A stretch of 64,000 bases of DNA from assembly GCA_964036045.1 (NCBI GenBank), contig OZ038378.1:175832001-175896000 (forward strand). Direction: 5' to 3'. Under the pieces are notes generated by a model. That model ran no database searches. It saw only the letters and a list, made by a program, of their open reading frames with translations, and had not been told where the DNA came from. This DNA comes from Eutreptiella sp. 'Long Island Sound 2002'. Its lineage: Eukaryota; Protista; Euglenida. Of this stretch, positions 22,165 through 36,121 are shown in pieces. Position 1 is the first letter of the stretch, and each line of letters starts with the position of its first letter. The translations under genes were made by a program, and so were the position numbers.

Positions 22165-25100
22165 ATGGATTTAGGGGGACCACACCGGCGGTTTAGTATT
22201 ATTCGGCCAAAAAGGGATCATGGATGGAAAGTTGTTGACCTTTTCGCAAACGAAGCTAAACCAGACGGCAATTATTTCAAATTTAACCGATATGGCATGC
22301 TGTTGCGTCAATCGTGGGAGACATATCAATCTAGCGCCTCCGATGAGGCCTTCGATGAATTGAGGGCGGTCTATTTGAAAGTGCACTCCAATGCCCCTAC
22401 CAACTCGAATGGTAAGGATGTAGAGTTGCCGATCAATTTGCTACATGCTTTCGTTGAGAGGCTCAAACGCTTTGCGGATGCTATTGACGATGGTTCCACC
22501 CGCGATGTGGTGATGAACAACGAATCATTTTTGCAAATGAAGAGCACCGTCCATGCACTTGAGATCATGGCTCGATGTCCATTCAACCGCCGTATTTTGT
22601 GTGTATGTGGAGCATTGGAGTGCGTTGTGAATCTTCTCGAAACGCTATCCGCCGTCCTTTCTGTCCTGGCGGTAAGCTTGACGGTACAACGCATAGCCAC
22701 TAATGCCGGTTCCTCCGATGAGCATTGTCAAGGTTCTGTCATAGCGGTGAGCTTTCGACTTCAAGTCGTGGAGCAATGTGTGGCATTCCTTTGCCGGTTT
22801 GTGGAAGTTGGTGATGCTTCACGGGGCGAGAATTTAAAGGTGCGGGCACCGATGACGACCTTGGATGTCATTGAGGCATTTTACCGTGTGGCTTTGACGG
22901 AAGGAGATCAACCACCGATGCACTCTAATGTGGTGCGTGCAATCGTTTCAACCTTGAAGTTTTTGAAAGCTTGTGAAAAGGAGAGCCTGGAATTCGACCA
23001 AATGTTTACTATTCAAACGTCGTTGCTCACCATTGCCGGTTTCATCATTGAAAATGTCCCGGACGAGATTTGGTGGAACGCGTATGGTGGGTTTGAAGTG
23101 ATGTTGTCATACCTAGGGTTTCCGGACGAATGCCGAAACGAGTTGGAGGAAGTTCCGAGGGAGCTAGGTAGGGAACCCATTCAAGAACAGGATTGCGATG
23201 ACGGCGCCCGGCAATTCCATGGTCCTAACCTCTCGCCACTCGAAAAAGAACCGTGTGAATGTGCCGCCTTTGAGGACAAGCGATGCCGTAAGGGAGGTAA
23301 CCTTTGTGAGCTCGACATTCCTACCCTTGATACCATAGCCTCGGCACGCCCGACCTCAGAGGCCAACCCGTTTGCCTGCAACTATAGATGCTGTTGCCAA
23401 GTGTCGTTTCCCGAAGTTCCCAAAGTGCGTTTGAATCGCTACTTCAACATTCAAATCAAGGTTTTGGCTGTGCTCGGTGCGTCAATTCAGCGGCACCCAA
23501 GAAGCATGCTTTTATTAAGTAGCTTGGGGCTGTGGGACAAGATTGGGGAGATGGGCCTCTTCATAGGGACGTATTTTTCGTCTTTCCACACGGGAAATGT
23601 TGTGCAAGCCTCATGCACATGTGGTGTTGGCCAACGCGAGGTCCCGTCCCCATCCAACGCAAACGTCGAAGGGGCGGAACTCAACTCGAAAGTCGTGTAT
23701 CGTAAGTTGCCCGAGGAACCACAACTTGGACCCCATGCTATCTTGAACGATGCCTCAAGTAACAATGTGCAAATCGGGGCTTTCATCTCGGAGCTCGGCG
23801 CATTTTCTGAACGGGCCGAGGCAGTTTTGGAGTATGCCAACCTTAAAGAGCAAGAGTGCTTGGCATCTATCACAGAGGCAAAGAGGACGGGGGGTCGTAG
23901 GTTCTCGACGAGGCGCCGAACTTCGTGCACGGCAAATTTCGACCCGCTTGTCGCCGACTTGGAGCAGCTACGGGCGCTTGCAGGCCGCCTACGATCGATT
24001 TTGCTCCACACCTTCCAACATCGCGCCGTTTCTGAGTCGCTTCTTTTGCACATCGCTCGCCACAACCTAAGGCACGTGGGGGAGATCCAGATTTCGTGTC
24101 TCGACACATGGATCCAAATGTTATGGGCCGCAGCGGACGACACCGTTGTGTTGCGGAAGTCCTCAGCCGCGACAGTCACTGCCATAGCCGGCCGCCCCTC
24201 GCAGGCCGTTGAGCCCGAGATGCCCATGTCGGTGCGGCGGGGCTCGAAGCTTGTGTCCTCCGCATTGTATGGGGTGTTGTTCGGCGACTACTTTTATTTC
24301 CTTGCCCCGATTCATGTTGCAACCGACCCTGACATGACCCGTAAACTCTCCGGCATCCGCTCCATGGTCCGGGAGGGCGTCCTCTACATCCTCAAGTTCA
24401 TGGCAACACGATTGCATGCCAACTACAACCTTCCCGAGCTTGCCTGCTTATTGGGCGTCTTGGCGGGCCACAGCCGGGAGACAGACGTCTGCACAGATCT
24501 GTGCACCGTGCTCTCATACATCATTCAGCACAACCGCCGCGCCAGTCTCCCGCTCATCATGGAGCTGCAAGGTTTGGAGGTCCTATGCCAGTGCCTCGAG
24601 GCGCAGAATCGCGCATTGGAGGAGCTATTGATGCGGCCGCCGGTGGACCTCGCCACACTTTCGGCGTCCGTTTCGGCGCAGAACAGCGTGCTCACTGTGC
24701 TGGACGAGCTGTTGACGACCGATGAGGCGAAGGCACTGGCCATCGAGGATCCACGAGTCCCGCTCGCGGGGTTGCTGGTGAAGTGTCTCCCACAGCAGGC
24801 CCTGCGCAAGTTTTGCGTGCGGCACCTGCGGGCGCTATTGACGCTGCATAATCCACGACCGTGGAACTCGCCCAACAACTTGGAGCCTCTGGTTGCACAC
24901 CTGTTCGGGATGCTTGTAAAGTGCCGCCGGGGAGAGATCGGTGGCTACCCGCTCCTGTGGGAGATCATGGATACTGTCCAGGCGGTATTGTCCATTTTGC
25001 TGCAGCGAGAGAGTTCCGCACTACTGCATGGGAACGGCACTGGACCGCACCAGAATTTGAAAGCCACCCAGCGCCTCTTCCACAAACACGGGGACTGCTT

Positions 25101-27831
25101 CAACGGTTTGATGGAGATGCTGCGCTCACCGCCGCAGTCTCCGGCGGATTGGGCTGAAGTCTGCACGGAGGAAATGCCGTCGCGCCTCTGTTGCCAGGTG
25201 CTGAAAACTCTCACATTGCTGCTGAAGCGCAACACCAAAATGAAGGCGGAGTTCGAGCGGCTGGTGGGCCCCCACAAGCTGGCCCAGGGGATTCGCGCCT
25301 GTGTGCCGGGGTTAGGCTGCCCCGAAGTCTACGACAGCCTATTCCAGATGCTGGTGGAGGATGAGTCGACGGAGGAGACCGGCATTCACGCGGAGGCGAC
25401 CCGTACGATCCAAAACCCGTTCGTACTCTTGGCGATACTGGAGCTCCTGCTGTGCACTGACTTCGACACTCTGTTGGGCTGCGGGGTACTTAAGCGCATG
25501 GCGGACGTCATTCAGGCCTCTGTTCTGAACCTCGCGACGGCAGGCCAAGCCCCACTGATGGAGCCCCTGCTCCGCATGCTGGTAGGTTGCACCCTACCTG
25601 AGGTCCGCCAGCAGGTGGAGCGCTGCGTCCAGCTCGTGGGCCGCAACCACATCCGCGTGGCCCAGTTCAAGTCCCTTGTGACCAGCCTCAAGGATGCGCC
25701 TCCGAGTGCGAAACCGGAGCTGTTGCCGAGCGTTATCCGTATCCTTCACAACATGGCGCGTCCGACAGTCGCTGACGAGCCCGAAATCCCGCATCAGGTG
25801 CATCCATGTGGGTTCTTTGCGATGGACGGCACGTTCTCGGGGCTGCGGCTGCCCGCCATCCGCGGGTGGCCCACCACACGCGGCTACACCTTCGCGACGT
25901 GGCTGCGGCTGGAGCGGCTGGAGCCATTCTTCGTGCGCCGGAAGGGGCTGCCGCCGGAGAACGTGCCGTTCACCCCCGGGGGGTCCGGCGCGCCAGTTCG
26001 CTACACCCCGTGCCTCTACAGCTTCATGAACCCTCGCGGGCGCGGCTTCGAGACTGTGTTTAACGAGAAGTCCCTCGTATTCCGTGTGCACACCAGCAAG
26101 GGGGTGTCCGAGGCCACGTTGCCCCACCCCTTTCAGCCCCTGCGGTGGTATCACATCGTTGTTACTCACAGCTGTCCGATCGACATGCGTCTCATGAAGG
26201 GCGAGTGCAAGCTTTTTGTGGACGGGACGCTGTACTCCAAGACCACCCTGTCGTACCCGCGGACACCGTCCAACGGGCTTGACCTCAACTTCATCGGCAC
26301 GGACCAGCGGGGCTGGCGCAAGCAAACGTCGTCCACCAGCATCTGCGGGCAGATGACCGCGGTCTACCTTCTAGACGACGCCCTCACGACGCAGCACGCG
26401 CAGGCCCTGTACGCCCTCGGCCCCGACCACATGTCTGCCTTCTCCCCAATGGACTGCCCCATGGGCTGCAAGCCCGAAACGGCCGTGCTCTTCGACGGGG
26501 TCTTCTGCGGACGGATCACGATGGCGTTCAGCCCCATGGCCCAGGACGGACGCCGGCTGTGGAACTTGGCGCGGTCGCAGACCTCGTCGCGCGAGGCCAC
26601 GACGGCGGCGGCAGGATGCGTGGCGGCGATGCTCAAGAGTACCGTCGTGTGCTCCAATCTCCACAACAATCTGCACATGGTCGATGTGCTGGACTGCATC
26701 GGGGGGGCTCGAATGCTGCTGCCCCTCTTTACGATGCTGCTGGACCCCAACAACAGCCTTGATGCCCGGCGCTTCGCAACGCAGGCGCCCCCGGCCCAGG
26801 AGATGGTAAGCCCTGCTTGCATCCCGCAGATGCTGGACCACCTTCTGGCGTTGCTCGCTAGCGTTCTGGGGCAGCAGCGGGCGAGGCGGGTGGAGTTCGT
26901 GGAGTGTGGCGGATTCCAGATCGTGGGCATGCTGATCAGCCGCTTGGGGCAGTTCCTTACACCTTCGTGCGTTGAGCATCTGTACACTCTGCTGGTTCAG
27001 GACATGACAGACCCGAGCGAGTTCTTTGCCTGCCTCCGGTTCCTCTTTCTTGAGGGCGATCTGTGGGTCAGGGCGGCTGCTGATGTGCAGCAGAAGGTGC
27101 CGGAGTTGCTGCTGACGGCATGTTCGAGCTCCTCCCACACCGTCCCGGCGGTGCGGCAGCCCAAGGCGCTGGAGGCCATATTCAACAACCTGCGGTGGTA
27201 CTACCGTTGCTCCGCCGGAGAAGAAGGCAGTGCGGCAGCCCCGGCGCTCAACAACGCTCTGATCTGCGAAATCCGCGCGAAGTACCTGCAAGTTGTCCGC
27301 ATGGTGTTGACAAACGGTGCCCCCATGTCTGTTGCCGAGACCGCGCTCATCCTTCAAAACGTGTTGCACAGCCCTGAGCCGCATCAGGCAGGAGATCTGC
27401 TGTTGCTCCTGCTGCAGTTGCAGTGCGAGCCTCGGACCGGGGTCATGGAGCACCTCTGTGCCCTCGGGGCCTTGGAGGCGCTCACGTCGCTGCTGACATG
27501 CGACAACATCATCGCGCGCTGCGCCTGCATCGCCATCATCGGGAAGCTGGCGCTTGCTGTGCCTGGGCAGACTGGCATCGACGTCCGCGCCCCGTGGGGC
27601 TTCTGCTGCCTCGTGCAGAACCTCTCGATGTACCCCTTCTGCCTCACGACATACGGGGCCCTGCGGGGGGTGCTACTGGGGGCGGTCACCCCCCAGACCC
27701 CCTTGCCCGCCGCCTTCTGTCCGCTGCCGCGAGGCCAGCGCGTGGCATTTGCGGTGCCATGCGCGCTACCCGCCATGCTCGCGCTCACGCGGCGGCGGGC
27801 ATCACCGGAAGTCGCACGGATCGTGCTCCAG
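22165..27831 (+). CDS. BEACH/WD40 (neurobeachin/LRBA/NBEAL-like) gene, exon 1 of 8; whole gene 22165-43575, about 3620 aa
   Basis: 5667-nt open frame with ARM-like helices and the ConA-like domain motif GFFAMDG...GYTFATWLRLE. Donor CAG|GTTCCT at 27832. An in-frame AG acceptor at 22136-22137 could add upstream sequence. Confidence 0.88.
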
Positions 27832-28285
27832 GTTCCTGTGCCCTCCGCTGCACCTGTTCTGCCGTCGCTGCCGCCTCCTGTTCCTCCTGTTCCTGTGCCG
27901 TCTGCCTTCTTGCATCGCTCTTATTGTCTCTTTTTGCCCCCTCCCTTCTTCTTTTCCTCGTCCTTTTCCGCCTCCATTCGCCCGGCCGTCTAAATTCCTG
28001 GTTGTCAGTCTGCCATCATCTTTTGCAGTGCCATGGCCGATTCTCATTCTATTCGTCTCCCCATGCGGCCACGCTGCCGCCGTCTTCTTTGTGCCTCTTT
28101 TGTTGCCACTCTTCAACCTTCTCTTCCACATCTTCCACACATCCGCGCTGTAGAAGGGGCACAGCAGGGGAGCGGGTGCAGGACTGCTGCACGGGGCGGT
28201 GGTGCAGGAGATGGGGATGGGCAGGGGAGCCGGCGGTATAGGGGGGGGGGAGGGTCCTTCGCTTTCTCTTTTCGTCGTGCCCCAG

Positions 28286-28663
28286 GATCTGTGCCAGTGC
28301 GCCACCACCGCCGAGGTGCTGCCGACATTGCCGGGGTGGCAGGAGATGGTGCTGAAGGTTTTGTCGCGAGAGGACGGGGACGCACCGGGGCTGGCAGAGC
28401 TGGTGACGGAGCTTCTCGGCACGGCGCTGTTCCACGGGCTTCTCAGTGGCAGTTCAGGTTGCAACCAGCTGCAGGACACGGTGGTTTTACTGCAGGGCGA
28501 GCATCTCCCGAACAGCGCAGCGCTTTGGAACCGCATCTCCCGCCGGCTCTTGGATGGCTACCTCCACAGAATGGAGGCGGGGGCCCTCTCCCCTCACGTT
28601 ACTCTCAGCCCAGGCGCCCTCATCAGCAACCTCACTTTCGTGCTGATGCTTGTGGAGGAGCAG
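28286..28663 (+). CDS. BEACH gene exon 2
   Basis: CCCCAG|GATCTG ... GAGCAG|GTGTGG; phase 0 join (RIVLQ|DLCQC). Confidence 0.8.
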
Positions 28664-28873
28664 GTGTGGAAGCAGGAACTAGTCCAAACGACGTGTCACG
28701 TGTCAACCGGACCCCCCCCCCCCCCCTCACCCCAACCCCATGCGCCTCGGCAGTGCCAACCTCCCCGCCCCTGCGCCTCGTGCACGCCGACGGTCCAGAC
28801 CCCCCATCCCGGCGTTTCTAGTGAAACGAAGCGCACGGCTGTGGCAGAAGTATGAAACCCGCAGCCCCGTTTT

Positions 28874-30190
28874 GCTGAAGGTAACATGACTCCCCCCTCC
28901 CTCCATGCTGGTGGTGCCATGAACCCCCCCCCCCGGTGCTGAAGGTGACATGGAACCACCCCCCACCCCCCACCCTTGCCGAAGGGCGCTGAAGGGGAGT
29001 AGGAGGTCAGGGTGAGAACCCATCGGCAGGCGGAGCATGGTGCATAGTGTGTTTTGCATGTACCAGGGTTGTGCTTGCTGTTTGGCCTACAGGACGAGGG
29101 GCTGGGCAAGTGGGTGGGTGAATATGAGGGCAAAAAGAAAGGCTGTGTATGTAGAATGGGCCTCTCATTTTGGGCTCTCTGTTCCAAATTTCATTTTTCC
29201 GTCGAGGAAAATTGTTTTGGTTTTGGGTGGGTGGGTGGGTGGGTGGTCTGGCCTGGGTGGCTAGGTCCGCGCCCGAGAACACGTGCCGACCGGCGAACAC
29301 CATGCCCTTTGCGGTGGTAAAGTAAGGTGCGCAACTTGAAGTTTCAACGTGATGAGCGACCCTCCTTGCTGAAGGTGACATAACCTCCCACCCCCTTGCT
29401 GAAGGCGGCATGCAGACCCCCCACTCGTTGCTGAAGGTCACACCTGTACCCTCCTCGCTGAAATTTAAGAAATTTGATTAACGAGGGAAATAGCCCGGGT
29501 CCCGACCCCTCGGCTGCCGTGGGCAGTACGGCAAGGTATACAACCGCTGATGCTGCCAAGATATGAACTTTCCTGGCACATGCTGGCGCCAGAAGCAATT
29601 AGACAAAATCCTACCACCACACTTTCAAAATGTAGTAATTTTTCCAATTTTTTTATTTCAGTTTTACCACATTCCCGTTGGTTGGTATTGTAAAGTAGGT
29701 AATTTTTTTTCTACAAAGTAAAAAACTTAGTAGAAAAATGTTGTTGCACTAAGTTACGGTTGTTATGTTCCCCTCTGGGGGAGGTGACCCCGCAGGTGGA
29801 CACCCCAGGGCCCAACAGCCGCTGTTGGAGAGGGTTGCTCCGTCACTGGCAGGGGATGTCTGCTGGACGCACCTGGCCAATGGTGAGGGCTGTTGCCCTC
29901 CTCCTGCGTGGACCCAAAACAGGGAAAGTCCAGGGTCTGTTTTGGCGCAGCTGACCACAGTCGGGGAAGGGAGTGTAGTGAAGGAGGGAAAGGGAGTATC
30001 AGCAGAGCAAGGGCATTAGGTGGTGAGAGGCCAGTGGGTACGACAGCCTACCAAGAGGACTCATGGAAAGGACAAGGGTTAGTGGTGTGAGGCCAATAGG
30101 CACCGTCAGCTTCAGTCATCATCCCATACCCCCGCCCCTGCTGAAGTTGGAACAGCCCCCTATCTCTCCATGCAGAAGGTGACATGGAAC
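28874..30190. repeat. Dispersed clusters of a GCTGAAGG(T)GACAT-like motif in BEACH intron 2
   Basis: Copies at about 28874, 28938, 28988, 29368, 29398, 29430, 29457, 30140 and 30172. Confidence 0.6.
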
Positions 30191-30813
30191 ATCCCCGGGT
30201 TGCCGAATGAAACAAGAGCAAGGCATTCACTCTCATTCATAAAACTGCAGCCCCCCTCCGTCGCCACGCCCCCCCTGGAGTCTGTGAGCCAGTTGTAGTG
30301 GGAAAGAGCGGCTGGAAAGAGCGGCTGGTTCATGCCTGTGAAGTTTTTTTTGTGCTCGTAACAATTTTATGGTCGACACTGCCACCCACTTCTCTTCGTT
30401 GTGATGTGATTTTCAGTAAACGTTGCTGTAAACCGCCCCCCCTCCCCCTCGGAATGTTCAGATGTCAGATGATCCAACTGATGCCCTTGCGGAGCTTAGA
30501 ACGCTCGCGGTGGGTCAGAATGATCGGGCGGCTCAGGAAACGGATGCCTTGGCACGGAGCCTGTGGACCGTCGTTTTCCCTGCCTTGGGCTGTGCGTGCA
30601 GGGGTGGCATGTCCCAAGATGCAGAAACATGCGCTTTTGGATCAATTGGTCGGTTTGGTGACAAGCTGCCGCAAGGCCTCCCTGTGACTTGCCACTGACC
30701 ACCGTAAAGCCGACGCTACAGACACAGAGACGCACGATCGGACGCCACGCAATCTGTCCGATGGACAGGCTGACAGCCCCACCACCACGTCCCTGACGCC
30801 CGGTGCTCTGCAG

Positions 30814-32028
30814 GTGTGCTGCCACCGCATCGTCTCCAAGGCGCTGCAGACGTGCACGGCGTCCCTGGGGCTGCCTCCCACTCCGGGCCGGGCCCTTCTG
30901 CATGCCCACGACGCCCCCCCGGCACCGCAGACCCCCGTGCGGGTGGTGTTGCCCGAGCCCTTTCCACCCGATTCGCCCGGGGACGGCCCGCACCGGGACA
31001 CGTCGCACGCGTCCACGTCCAGCGACACGGACGATGAAGAGGCGATGCAGTGGAGCATCGGCGACTTCACGCTGTTTGGGAGCGCGCAGGTGCGGGACAC
31101 GGGCGCGCCGGAGGCCCCGGGGGAGGGACGCGGGTCCTTCGCGGCCGCGCCTGCGGGCATCCCCAGCCCCCTTTGTGAGCCCATCCTGGTCCCGGTGCTG
31201 TCGCTGACTCAGTCGGACGCCGACGGGTCCGAGGGGCTCAGCGAGACCCCCCCAGTTACCACCGCAACGGCCGTTTCGGACGGGCTGCGCAGCCCCCGTG
31301 CCCCCCACGCCACGACCGATGTGACCAACCTGCCGTACGACGAGGCCCGCGAGCTGCAATACAGTGCGGAAGGGCATTGGCTTCACATGGGGCTGATAGA
31401 GCGGACCGCGCGGCTCATGCTGGGGCTGGCCTTGCACGCTGGGGCGGACGGCCTCTCGCCCCCAGGCCCCGGGGGCGTCACGCAGGGGTTGGTGCTGCCG
31501 CGCAGCAAGCTCGCCCGGCTCGCACTGCGGGTGGCCCGGCTGGGGCTGATGCACATCGGGCCGCACCACAGCACCGCGGCATGCAGCCGCGATCCTTCTG
31601 CGCAACCGCCGGCAACCGTCTCCGGTGGACCTTCGCCGGACGCGACCCGCGCGGTTCTTGACATATATTTGACGCTCCTGAAAGACACCGTCGTGCAGGA
31701 CAAAACCCGCGAGCGCAGCTGCACTGAGCGGGTGCCTGCGCTGTCGTCCGCTGTAGGGGAGGCGCGCATGCGCACGCTCTTCGTGATCCACGTCCTGGTA
31801 ACCGCCGTGTCCGTCTCGGACGAGTACTGGCAGCACTTCCCTGATTACTGTCAGAAGATCTTTGAGGTGCTGGAGTGGGTGTGTCACACACGGCGCGAGT
31901 TTCTGATTCCGGCGTGGAAGCCCTGGATGTCCGCACGTTCCATTGTCACTGCGATGTTCGACCAGGCGTTGGACAGCTACAGCTTTGTCACCTTCCGCAC
32001 TCTGCTGGACTCCTCGGACTGGCGGCAG
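30814..32028 (+). CDS. BEACH gene exon 3
   Basis: CTGCAG|GTGTGC ... CGGCAG|GTCCGC; GC3-rich coding sequence, phase 0. Confidence 0.8.
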
Positions 32029-34769
32029 GTCCGCCCACCTCCCCTGCTGCCTCTCTCGTTTGCTCAGTCACTGACGTCCTCCCCTCTAGTCCTCCCCTCC
32101 TCCCTCCTTCTGATCGATTTTAGTAAGTCACGCATGACGTGGGACCAAGTTGCAGTCAGCCACACATTGCTAGGACTGGGTTCTTCGTCAGTCACACACA
32201 ACAATGCGCCCTGAAGCCCCCTGAAGCCGAGGATGCAGGTGTGCAGGCGGTTTTGGGGCTATGTCAGCCCATTTGTCGATGAAGGCAACACTAGGCCCAC
32301 TTTGTGGCTCATTGCTTAAGGGCGGTTCTCTGCAATGTGGAATTGCCGAAGGCAAAGAGAAGGTTGTGCCAACAAAAAGTCCAGCATTGTCCACTCGTGG
32401 AGTGTGTTGCCGAGGCAGGATTTCACGTCTGAAATACAATTGGGCAGGTCTACATCCCCAAAGGAATGCCATCCCGGTCAAGTCCCATGGTACCATGTGC
32501 CTCCAGCACAACAATCCACGGACATGTCGTGTTGTGCATGCGTGATTTGTGTGTGTCTGAGTATTTGAAGTAATTTATCGTACCTTCATCAGGGGATTTT
32601 GTATGTGCTGCGATTGCCACGAGTGATGAGACCACGCCCAGCCCAAGGTCGCCGAGGCGTCATCTGGGGTTGCCCAGAAAGTGCAAGTTTTCAGCGAACC
32701 CATGCTGGCATGAAAAGGGCCAAGTCCTTACCAGGCGGCTCCCCATAAGTGGGCTGATGCGGGGTACCTGGGGGTAGGTAGGGCCTCGGACCCCCACTAT
32801 TTGTCATGGTCCAAATTTCAGAAACAAGCGTACGGGGACAGCCCTTTTAGGGGGATTCGATTGGTGCCGCACGGCTTTCCATGGGTTTGTATGGGCTTAT
32901 GGCCACCAAATGATGACGCAAGCCTAGCCCGATGCCCGTGGAGGGGTTTTGGGGGCTCTCCCGAAAACGGCGAAGTCTGACAAATGGGCCCCAGAGGGAC
33001 GCCGATTGGGGGTAAACCCCTGCCCCAAACAAGAACATGCGCGGGTTCTTACGGTGCCACCCCTGGAGACCCCCCTACCATTGAGTTGGGCAACAAAAAG
33101 CACCATTTGTGAGCTTTCAGAGAAAGGATAACCCACTGGTCATGTCCATTTTGCTCAAACTGCCTGCAAATGAAGAGAATTTGCGTGCGTGTTGTTATGG
33201 TGATGGGTGTTCGTGTTTTTTTGGGGGGAGGATGGCCTGGAAAAAGGACCTGGAACCCCCGCCATTGATTGACCCCTGAACATGACCCGAATTCGGATCG
33301 ACGCATAGTGTGTGTGATAAGCCAACCAAAGTTTTGGCTCCCCACCCCCTAAAAATGTATTTTTGAGGGGTCTAGGGTGTCCCAACCAAAAGCTTGTTCT
33401 AGGCTGCTTTTTTGGGCAAGGGTTTGCAGGGTGCTAAACCCATGAACTCAACACAAAGGGGGGGGGGGGTAATCCCAAAGATGCGGGTACGCCTAGGTTT
33501 GATCTCACAATCTCTGCAACGTGAAATCACCTCGATTTTCCCATCCCAATGTGATTAAGTGCACTGCCAAATAGAGAGCCCACTGATCCCCAGCCCGCGG
33601 ATGTCCGATGTGCCCAACGCCCTTTGACGGGATGCATGTGGGCCAGGGGCTCCCTGCAGCATGACGGCAGCAGAGGATACATTGGGGGGTGACTGCCCCT
33701 GTCTCAAAGTGTTTTAACGGTTCACTTAGCTGCTGTGGGACTGCCACGTGCACACATCCCGCAAAATCAGTGACACACTGATCATTTTTCGATACCGTCC
33801 CTCCTTCTCACACGTTTTCGAAGTTGTTTTTCTTTGAGTGGGTACAGTCCAAGAGCTCGTGGGGAGCTCCTTTGTACCCCCCCACCCCCACCTCCCTCCG
33901 CCGCAGGTTGCCCTGCCCCTAAGTAGCCCCCCAAACCGCCAACCCCCACTGCAGTAGTAGTAGCACCCAACCAGCCCCCCACTGCACCACCCACAGTTGG
34001 TGGGTGGGTCGCAGCGACCTATCTGACTGGCCCAACCCGGGGTCAGGTCCTTGGGTGGGGCTTGGTTTGCAACACAACGGCTCGTCCATCTCTTGTCTCT
34101 TGCGGTGGAATCGGGCCAATACGCCCCCCTCCTTCCCCGCCGCCCCATCCCCCTCCCTCGCTCCAGGAGATCCGGCTTTTGGGACTAGGGCATGGCTCAC
34201 ACAAAGGACACAAGATGCCCAGAGGTCTTCAGGTTAGGTTAGGTGGCTGCCAGGGCTGCTCGACACATGCAATGGCCTGCTGTCACAGCCCTTTGGGCGA
34301 CATCAAAGGCTGCGGCATTCTCGAAGCCGACAACCTCCGTTGAAGGACCAGCGGTCCACAAAACGGTGTCGTCCGACCTCCGACCTCCGGCAGACACCTC
34401 TGCCTCTCGCGAAGGCATCGGTTCAATGGAATAAGCACGACCGGCGTGCGCGACCTCCCTCGCCACAGACCAGTACTCGGGGACCCGTGATTCGGATTGC
34501 ATGTCGTTATCCGTCCCTGAAGGCATCCGAGTGTAGGGCAGGGTGGCGCAGACGTCTGGGCGCCTTCAAGCGGCAGAGCATGTGGTCCTATTCCCACCAA
34601 GCAGAGCCTCCGATCCTCTCCCTGTCTCTCCCGCCCCTCGCCCCTCCCTCCCTCCTTCACTTCCTCCCCCCCCCCCCCCGCTCAGTCCTCCTCCCTCGCT
34701 TCTGACTCCCGCCTCGCCCCCCAGTCATCGCTCTCCTCCTGCCTGCCGCCCTCCTTGCTCCCCTTCCAG

Positions 34770-35474
34770 GTGTGGCAGGCCTCCGTAGTGCCCGCCACTG
34801 AGGCGTGGCAGCGCCCGGAGAGCGACGCATGGAAGGACGTGTTCTACCGATGTCAGCTGGCGATGGGAGCGCTGCAGGTGGCGCTGCAGAACAACCGTAC
34901 GGAGCAGCGGCGGTACGAGGCGCGCTGGAAGGCGGTGGTGGACCGGTCTGGGGCTGCGGACCACCGCCGGCTGCTTGTGATGCCCCCCATGTCTGTCACC
35001 GCTCATACCCGTGAGTCCTCCAAGCACGTCGAGCTGGCAATGCACCGCGTGCTGCGCATCATCACGAGTGACCGCAGCCTGTGGGCCCCGCGCGTCGTGT
35101 CCACAGGCAAGGTCGCGCTGGACATGCGGGAGCAGCAGGGTCGTGTTCGGATCAAGACGCTCAGCGACCCGTCGCTGCCTGAGCACCGCAGCCTGGAGCA
35201 CTGCAAGGCGGACGATGGGTCAGAGAAGACGCTGGAGCGGACAAAGAGCATCTTGCGCAGATCATCTCGCAGACTGAGTGTGCTGGAGCAGTTGGAGGGG
35301 TTTGCGGAGGCGAAGGAGGACCCGGAGTCGCCGGAACGTGTCAGTCAGGAGGACGGTAGCCAGGAAGAACGCAGGCTGATGGTGGTGGAGAACCTCATCC
35401 TGATCACACCGATGCAGACGTACTCGGGGCGGTTGGAGATCACGAGCAAGACCGTGTGCTGCGTCCTGGATGAG
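34770..35474 (+). CDS. BEACH gene exon 4 (DUF1088-like region and start of PH_BEACH)
   Basis: TTCCAG|GTGTGG ... GATGAG|GTACAT; encodes DMREQQGRVRIK and LITPMQTYSGRLEIT. Confidence 0.85.
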
Positions 35475-36008
35475 GTACATGGCTCCATCAGCTGATCACG
35501 TGCAGTGACGACACAGCAAGTTGCCAAATTACTGCCTATGACCATACTTTGCCTAGGCGCCAAAGACTGCCTGCGACACAGCACCCATTTACTGCCTCAT
35601 ACTGCACTCAAGCACTATTCGTGCACTCTCCCATGTGGATACGCCATACACGGCCACTACACCACGCTGTCCCTAGCGGATGTGCTTTTAATTTCCCACT
35701 AAGGATAGCCGAAGGAGACGTACAGCAGTTGCCACCGATGCTGGTTGATGTTCAGCTGGCGGCGGTTGGCAAGCAGTAGGTATGATGTAGCTTGATAGGT
35801 CACCACACCAACAATGCATGTCTGTTACCACACTCATGAAGTGCACTACCCAAGCCGGTGCGCCATGCACTGCCGTTGCACTGCACACACACACACACAC
35901 ACACAGGCCGCAGGAAGCAGAAGACCAAACATTGCTGCAGTGCGGACATTGCTGTTGAGAGGTGCTGTATGATAGCGAACGCTTTGAGATTTCTGAAATG
36001 ATTGGGCG

Positions 36009-36009
<1 letters not shown>

Positions 36010-36091
<82 letters not shown>

Positions 36092-36121
36092 CACACGCAC
36101 ACGCACACGCACACACACACG
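36010..36121. repeat. (CA)n microsatellite in BEACH intron 4
   Basis: Directly visible. Confidence 0.97.

Noticed and set aside
27836-28164. End-to-end pairing in BEACH intron 1 (CTGTGCCC / GGGCACAG), as in euglenid non-conventional introns
   Set aside because: Only an 8-bp match about 120 nt from the acceptor; the intron has normal GT-AG ends, and chance is plausible.
34228-34245. TTAGG-like repeats as interstitial telomere
   Set aside because: Only about two units, which is expected by chance.
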